This document shows, piece by piece, positions 59,628-64,000 of a stretch of 64,000 bases of DNA. Position numbers and translations under genes: made by a program. Position 1 is the stretch's first letter, and each line of letters begins with the position of its first letter. A model generated the notes under the pieces. That model had not been told where the DNA came from. It ran no database searches and was given only the letters and a program-made list of their open reading frames with translations. Origin of the DNA: an uncultured Acidobacteriota bacterium (GTDB taxonomy: Bacteria > Acidobacteriota > UBA6911 > RPQK01 > JAPXNP01); NCBI GenBank assembly GCA_963723965.1, contig CAVRSV010000007.1:702251-766250 (forward strand). Direction: 5' to 3'.

Positions 59628-62056
59628 CGAGATCGCTGCACAGCCTGGCTCTGACGGGAATGTGTTGGGCCCTCCTGTGTGCCGCCCCCCGGGGCCAGGA
59701 TGAGGCATCGCGGGTCCTCGAACAGATCCGCGCGGGCCAGTGGAAGAAGGCCGAGGAACTCGTCGAGGCCGCCGCCTCGCCGTCCGGCGGACACGGGGGA
59801 ACCTTGATGCTGCGTCTTCGCATCGAGCTGGCGGAACGCCGCGGACAGATGGAAGAAGCCAGGACGGCGGCTTCGGCTCTCTTTGGTCTGCAGCAGTCCC
59901 GCTCGCTGAGTTCGGCCGCAGACCTCGGCCAGGCGGCCTATGCGGCCTGGCGTCTGGGGCAGTGGGAAGACGCGAACAACATTTTCATCGAAGCGACCCA
60001 GGGCGAGGGTGTGCCCTTCTCCGTCTACGTGGACTGGGGAGAGCTCTACCTCGAGAAGTACAATCCGGCCGAGGCGGAGAGCATCTTCAAGGATGGACTC
60101 AAGGCAGCCGCGAAGGAAACCGGCGCCGTCGAACGGTGGACTCAGTCCGACCTCTATCTGGGTCTGGCCAAGGCGCTCGAAGCTCAGTCCAGCCCCGGCA
60201 TGAAGGAGATCCTGGAAAAAGCCCAGGAAACGGGCCCGCAGAATTCTCGGGTGGCGGCCTACCGCAGTCTGCTCGCCCTGCGTGAAGAGAACTGGGAAGA
60301 GGCGACCCGGATCGCGGAGGAAGCCCTCGAGCAGACCCCCGGCGCCCTCGGACTCCTCGAAACCCGTTGCGCGGCGGCATTCTTCGGCGGCTCCAAGGCA
60401 GACTTCGAGCGGACCCGCAGCGAGCTCGAGAAGGTCAATGCGCGGGACGGCGATCTCTACGAGCTGCTCGGCGACCTCTGCGTAGCCAACCGACGTCTCG
60501 AGGAGGCAGTCGAGAACTACAGTCACGCCCTCGAGCTGAATCCGCGACAGTGGTCGGCCCTGGCCTCGCGGGGAATCAACCGCCTGCGACTCGGTGAGGA
60601 AGAGACGGGTACCGCCGATCTGGAGAAGGCCTACGCCAATGATCCCTACAACATCTGGACGGTCAACACCCTCCGGCTGGTGGACAGCTTCAGCCGCTTC
60701 GACCGGATCCAGGACGGACAGTTCTCCATCAGGCTGAGCCAGAAGGAATCCGCCGTTCTCGGACCCTACGTCGAGGAGCTGCTGCATCGAAGTCTGGAGA
60801 CCCTCGAGCAGCACTATCAGCATCCGGTCGATCACCCGATCGTGTTCGAGATGTACCCCGACCACGAGGACTTCGCCGTCCGGACCCTCGGCCTCCCGGG
60901 TCTGGGGGCCCTCGGCGCGACCTTTGGACGGGTCGTAGCCATGGACTCGCCCTCCGCCCGACCGCGCGGCAGCTTTCACTGGGGGTCGACGCTCTGGCAC
61001 GAGATGGCTCACGTGGTCACCCTGTCATTGAGCAAGGATCGAGTCCCAAGGTGGTTTACCGAGGGACTGTCCATGATGGAGGAACGGCGGGCAGGACCGG
61101 GGTGGGGCGATCCCCTTTCTCTTCACTTCGTCAGCGCGTACGAAAAGGGCAAACTTCTGCCCTTGAAGGATCTGAACTCCGGCTTCGTTCATCCCGACTC
61201 CCCGCAGCAGATTTCGATCAGCTACTTCCAGGCCGGATGGCTCTGCGAGTGGATGGCCGACCATTTCGGCATGGACAAAATCCGTCAGATGTTGGTGGCT
61301 TTCGGCGACGGAAAGGACGACGAGGCGGTCTTCCGGGAGGTGCTGGGTCAGAGCATGGACGAGGTCGACAGCGGCTTCCACCAGGAGCTGGCCTCCAAGC
61401 TCGACCCGCTGCTTCCGAATCTGCAGCGGGTTGAAGTCGACTCCGCGGACGGGGCCGGTCTCGAGAGAGCGCTCGAGGCACAGCCGAACAACTTCTTCCT
61501 GAATCTGACCCTGGCAACCCGCCGAATGATCCTGGATGACTATCGCGGTGCCCTCGGCCCCCTGCAGAAAGCCATCGAGGTCTTCCCCTGGGCCGTCGAG
61601 CCGCGGGGTCCCTACGATTTGCTGAGCCAGGCGTACCTCAAGCTGGGAGACCGGGAGGCCGCCGCCCGGGTGCTCACCGACTGGTGGAAGCGCTCTCCGT
61701 TGCGCGTAGAGACAGGCCTGGAACTGGCCCGGCTCCTGGTCGAGGAGAAGCGTTCGGATCAGGCTCGCCAAACCCTCGAACAGGCCCTCTACTCCGATCC
61801 GCTTTCGGCGCCCCTTCACCAGGAACTGGGCGACCTCTGCCTGCAATCGAAGGACTACACCGAGGCCGTCCGGGAGTTTCGGGCCCTCCTCGATCTCGAG
61901 CCGCCGGACGAAGCTTCGGCGCGCTATCGTCTGGCCCGTGCGCTGTTTCTCTCCGGGTCCCCCCAGCAGGCCCGGATGCAGGTATTGCTCTCACTCGAAC
62001 TCGCCCCCTCATACGAGGAGGCCCAGCAGCTGCTCCTGGAGATTTCTCGACAATGA
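59624..62056 (+). CDS. Secreted TPR-repeat protein with an embedded peptidase-MA-like HExxH domain.
   Basis: Signal peptide; TPR-like helical repeats at both ends; central STLWHEMAHVV...WFTEGLSMMEE matches the Peptidase_MA_2-type motif (HExxH plus downstream Glu). Confidence 0.6.
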   Translation: MTRSLHSLALTGMCWALLCAAPRGQDEASRVLEQIRAGQWKKAEELVEAAASPSGGHGGTLMLRLRIELAERRGQMEEARTAASALFGLQQSRSLSSAADLGQAAYAAWRLGQWEDANNIFIEATQGEGVPFSVYVDWGELYLEKYNPAEAESIFKDGLKAAAKETGAVERWTQSDLYLGLAKALEAQSSPGMKEILEKAQETGPQNSRVAAYRSLLALREENWEEATRIAEEALEQTPGALGLLETRCAAAFFGGSKADFERTRSELEKVNARDGDLYELLGDLCVANRRLEEAVENYSHALELNPRQWSALASRGINRLRLGEEETGTADLEKAYANDPYNIWTVNTLRLVDSFSRFDRIQDGQFSIRLSQKESAVLGPYVEELLHRSLETLEQHYQHPVDHPIVFEMYPDHEDFAVRTLGLPGLGALGATFGRVVAMDSPSARPRGSFHWGSTLWHEMAHVVTLSLSKDRVPRWFTEGLSMMEERRAGPGWGDPLSLHFVSAYEKGKLLPLKDLNSGFVHPDSPQQISISYFQAGWLCEWMADHFGMDKIRQMLVAFGDGKDDEAVFREVLGQSMDEVDSGFHQELASKLDPLLPNLQRVEVDSADGAGLERALEAQPNNFFLNLTLATRRMILDDYRGALGPLQKAIEVFPWAVEPRGPYDLLSQAYLKLGDREAAARVLTDWWKRSPLRVETGLELARLLVEEKRSDQARQTLEQALYSDPLSAPLHQELGDLCLQSKDYTEAVREFRALLDLEPPDEASARYRLARALFLSGSPQQARMQVLLSLELAPSYEEAQQLLLEISRQ

Positions 62057-62814
62057 AAGGCCTGCAACGAACGGTTCTGCTCGGCTTCTGCCTTCTTCTG
62101 GTGGGCATTGCGCCCGCCGGCCTGCATGCCGACGACCCGTTGGACAAGCCGGCGGTGGTGGACGAGAACGTCTTCAACTTCGTCCGGATTCGCTACAACG
62201 GCTACAGCGGCGTCGGGATGTGGGGCGCGGGAGACTGGGTGCCGCCCTGGGCTCACGACTACCCGAGGGCTGAGAAGAACTTCCTGCAGATCCTCTCGGA
62301 GATGACGACGGTCGAGACGACACCACAGTCTTATCTGATCCTGGATCTGGACGATCCCCGCATCATGGATTTCCCGATCCTCTACGTCAGCGAGCCCGGC
62401 TACTGGAACTGCACGGACGCCGAAACGGACAACCTGCGCGAGTACCTCAGCCGGGGCGGATTCGTGATCTTCGACGATTTCCGCGATGCGCCCGGCGAGT
62501 GGGACACCTTCTCCGGCTGCATGAAACGGGTCTTTCCCGATCGCCCGCTGGAGGTTCTCACCGCGGACCACCCGGTGTTTCACTGCTTCTACGACATCGA
62601 CGACCTGCACATGGTGCCTCCCTATGAAGTACCCGGCGAGCCGACTTTCTATGGAATGTCCGATCCGGACGGACGGTTGCAGGTCGTTGCCAACTTCAAC
62701 AACGACATCGGGGATTACTGGGAGTGGTCGGACCAGAGCTTCGTTCCGATCAAGCTCTCCAACGAAGCCTACAAGTTCGGAATCAACTACATCATTTACG
62801 CACTGACCCATTAG
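62053..62814 (+). CDS. DUF4159 domain protein (secreted).
   Basis: Signal peptide MKGLQRTVLLGFCLLLVGIAPAGLHA; conserved DUF4159 blocks (VFNFVRIRYNG, FPILYVSEPGYW, GGFVIFDDF); ATG overlaps the upstream stop (ATGA). Confidence 0.65.
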   Translation: MKGLQRTVLLGFCLLLVGIAPAGLHADDPLDKPAVVDENVFNFVRIRYNGYSGVGMWGAGDWVPPWAHDYPRAEKNFLQILSEMTTVETTPQSYLILDLDDPRIMDFPILYVSEPGYWNCTDAETDNLREYLSRGGFVIFDDFRDAPGEWDTFSGCMKRVFPDRPLEVLTADHPVFHCFYDIDDLHMVPPYEVPGEPTFYGMSDPDGRLQVVANFNNDIGDYWEWSDQSFVPIKLSNEAYKFGINYIIYALTH

Positions 62815-62831
62815 TCGAGCGGGGAGAATGC

Positions 62832-63857
62832 ATGACGACACCCAGCGAAGTTCGAGACGTCAACATTGCGGAACAGATCGAGGCTCTTCTCGAATCCCAG
62901 AGACAGATCCTCGCCCAGCTCCGGAAGGTCATCGTCGGTCAGGACGAGATCATAGAGCAGGTTTTGATCTCCATTTTCGTTGGAGGCCACTGCCTGATCA
63001 CGGGCCTGCCGGGTCTGGCCAAAACGCTGCTCGTCAGGACCATCTCCCAGACGCTGGGACTCTCCTTCAAACGCATCCAGTTCACGCCCGACCTGATGCC
63101 GGCCGATATCACCGGCACCGAGATCATCGAGGAGGATCGCAGCACGGGTCGACGTCAGCTCGAATTCGTCCCGGGACCGATCTTCGCCAATCTGATCCTG
63201 GCCGACGAAATCAACCGAACCCCTCCCAAGACTCAGGCGGCGCTGCTGGAAGCCATGCAGGAAAGGCGGGTCACCGTGGGAGGAAAAACCTTTCACCTGA
63301 CCCCTCCCTTCTTCGTACTGGCGACTCAGAATCCAATCGAACTGGAAGGCACCTACCCGCTTCCCGAAGCCCAGCTCGACCGTTTCATGCTCAACATCAT
63401 CATCGACTATCTGGCGGAAGATGACGAGGTGGAGGTGGTCAGACGAACGACCGCCCTTCAGGCTGCCGACGTCGAGCAGGTCGTTTCGGGCGAAGACATC
63501 GTCCGCTACCAGGAACTGGTGCGACAGATCCCGGCCTCCGAGGATGTGACCCGCTATGCCGTCCGTCTCGTTCGCGCCTCGCGACCCGGCGCGCCGGAAG
63601 CACCCGATTTCATCACCGAGTGGCTGAACTACGGCGCCAGTCTTCGCGCCTCGCAGTTCCTGGTCCTGGGCGCCAAGGCGCGGGCCCTGATGTACAACCG
63701 GTACAACGTCTCCTACGAGGACATCCGGGCCCTGGCCAAGCCGGTCCTGCGGCACCGGATCCTGACGAATTTCCATGCCGAGTCCGAAAACGTCAAGGCG
63801 GACACGATCATCGAGCGGCTGCTCGACACGGTCAAGCCGTCCGGTTCGGGGGTATAA
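62832..63857 (+). CDS. moxR: MoxR-family AAA+ ATPase.
   Basis: Walker A GLPGLAKT, Walker B LILADEINR, sensor and Arg-finger regions; ~341 aa; ATG at 62832 with GGGGAGA RBS. Confidence 0.9.
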   Translation: MTTPSEVRDVNIAEQIEALLESQRQILAQLRKVIVGQDEIIEQVLISIFVGGHCLITGLPGLAKTLLVRTISQTLGLSFKRIQFTPDLMPADITGTEIIEEDRSTGRRQLEFVPGPIFANLILADEINRTPPKTQAALLEAMQERRVTVGGKTFHLTPPFFVLATQNPIELEGTYPLPEAQLDRFMLNIIIDYLAEDDEVEVVRRTTALQAADVEQVVSGEDIVRYQELVRQIPASEDVTRYAVRLVRASRPGAPEAPDFITEWLNYGASLRASQFLVLGAKARALMYNRYNVSYEDIRALAKPVLRHRILTNFHAESENVKADTIIERLLDTVKPSGSGV

Positions 63858-63859
63858 CG

Positions 63860-64000
63860 CGTGATCGCACGATCGACACCGCTGGCCAGCCGCTTCATCG
63901 ACCCGAGCATCCTCGCGGCCAGCAGCAATCTCCATCTGATTGCCCGGACGGTGGTCGAAGGTTTCGTCGCCGGCCTGCATCGCTCTCCCTATCACGGGTT
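63860..64000 (+). CDS. DUF58-domain protein (MoxR partner), N-terminal fragment; continues beyond the window.
   Basis: GTG 3 nt after the moxR stop; translation VIARSTPLASRFIDPSILAASSNLHLIARTVVEGFVAGLHRSPYHG contains the DUF58 GxHxSxxxG motif. Confidence 0.65.

Overview
Single high-GC (~65%) bacterial chromosomal segment with dense, mostly housekeeping/envelope coding. A 'VWFA-related Acidobacterial domain' protein and the general gene content suggest an Acidobacteriota-like genome; this is inference. Identified genes include:
- a divergent partial SLOG/MoCo-carrier gene and xylA
- two lipoproteins
- a tight minus-strand operon of [DedA-ATP-grasp fusion]-olsB-like-olsA-like (aminolipid synthesis)
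- EEP-family protein and an S9 peptidase
- TPM/NTase/LemA
- a tryptophanase-family lyase
- a BlaR1/BlaI-like pair with twin palindromic operator
- a MocA oxidoreductase
- an RsbW-like HATPase
- LMW-PTP/ArsR/aldo-keto reductase
- a complete hypA-B-F-C-D-E maturation operon with no hydrogenase structural genes in the window
- uspA, a DUF2238 protein, efp, a GT9 heptosyltransferase, an M48 peptidase and a YwiC-like protein
- an Acidobacterial VWA protein
- a Crp regulator divergent from an orphan ParA-like ATPase plus a small ORF
- two M16 peptidases
- a frameshifted cyclophilin
- zwf, two SurA-like PPIases, mfd and rfaE-domain II
- the cdaR-cdaA-folP-ftsH-tilS operon
- tRNA(CAT), hemL and carD
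- a MoxR/DUF58/DUF4159/BatA-like operon that additionally encodes a clan-CD-like cysteine peptidase and a TPR/HExxH peptidase-MA-like protein.
No CRISPR, transposase or integrase was seen. The most unusual items are the DedA::ATP-grasp fusion co-operonic with olsBA, the non-canonical BlaR1-like sensor, the orphan hyp operon, the protease-bearing MoxR operon, and a family of intergenic heptanucleotide tandem repeats (two copies nearly identical, one with a hairpin and one with flanking inverted arms next to the tRNA).
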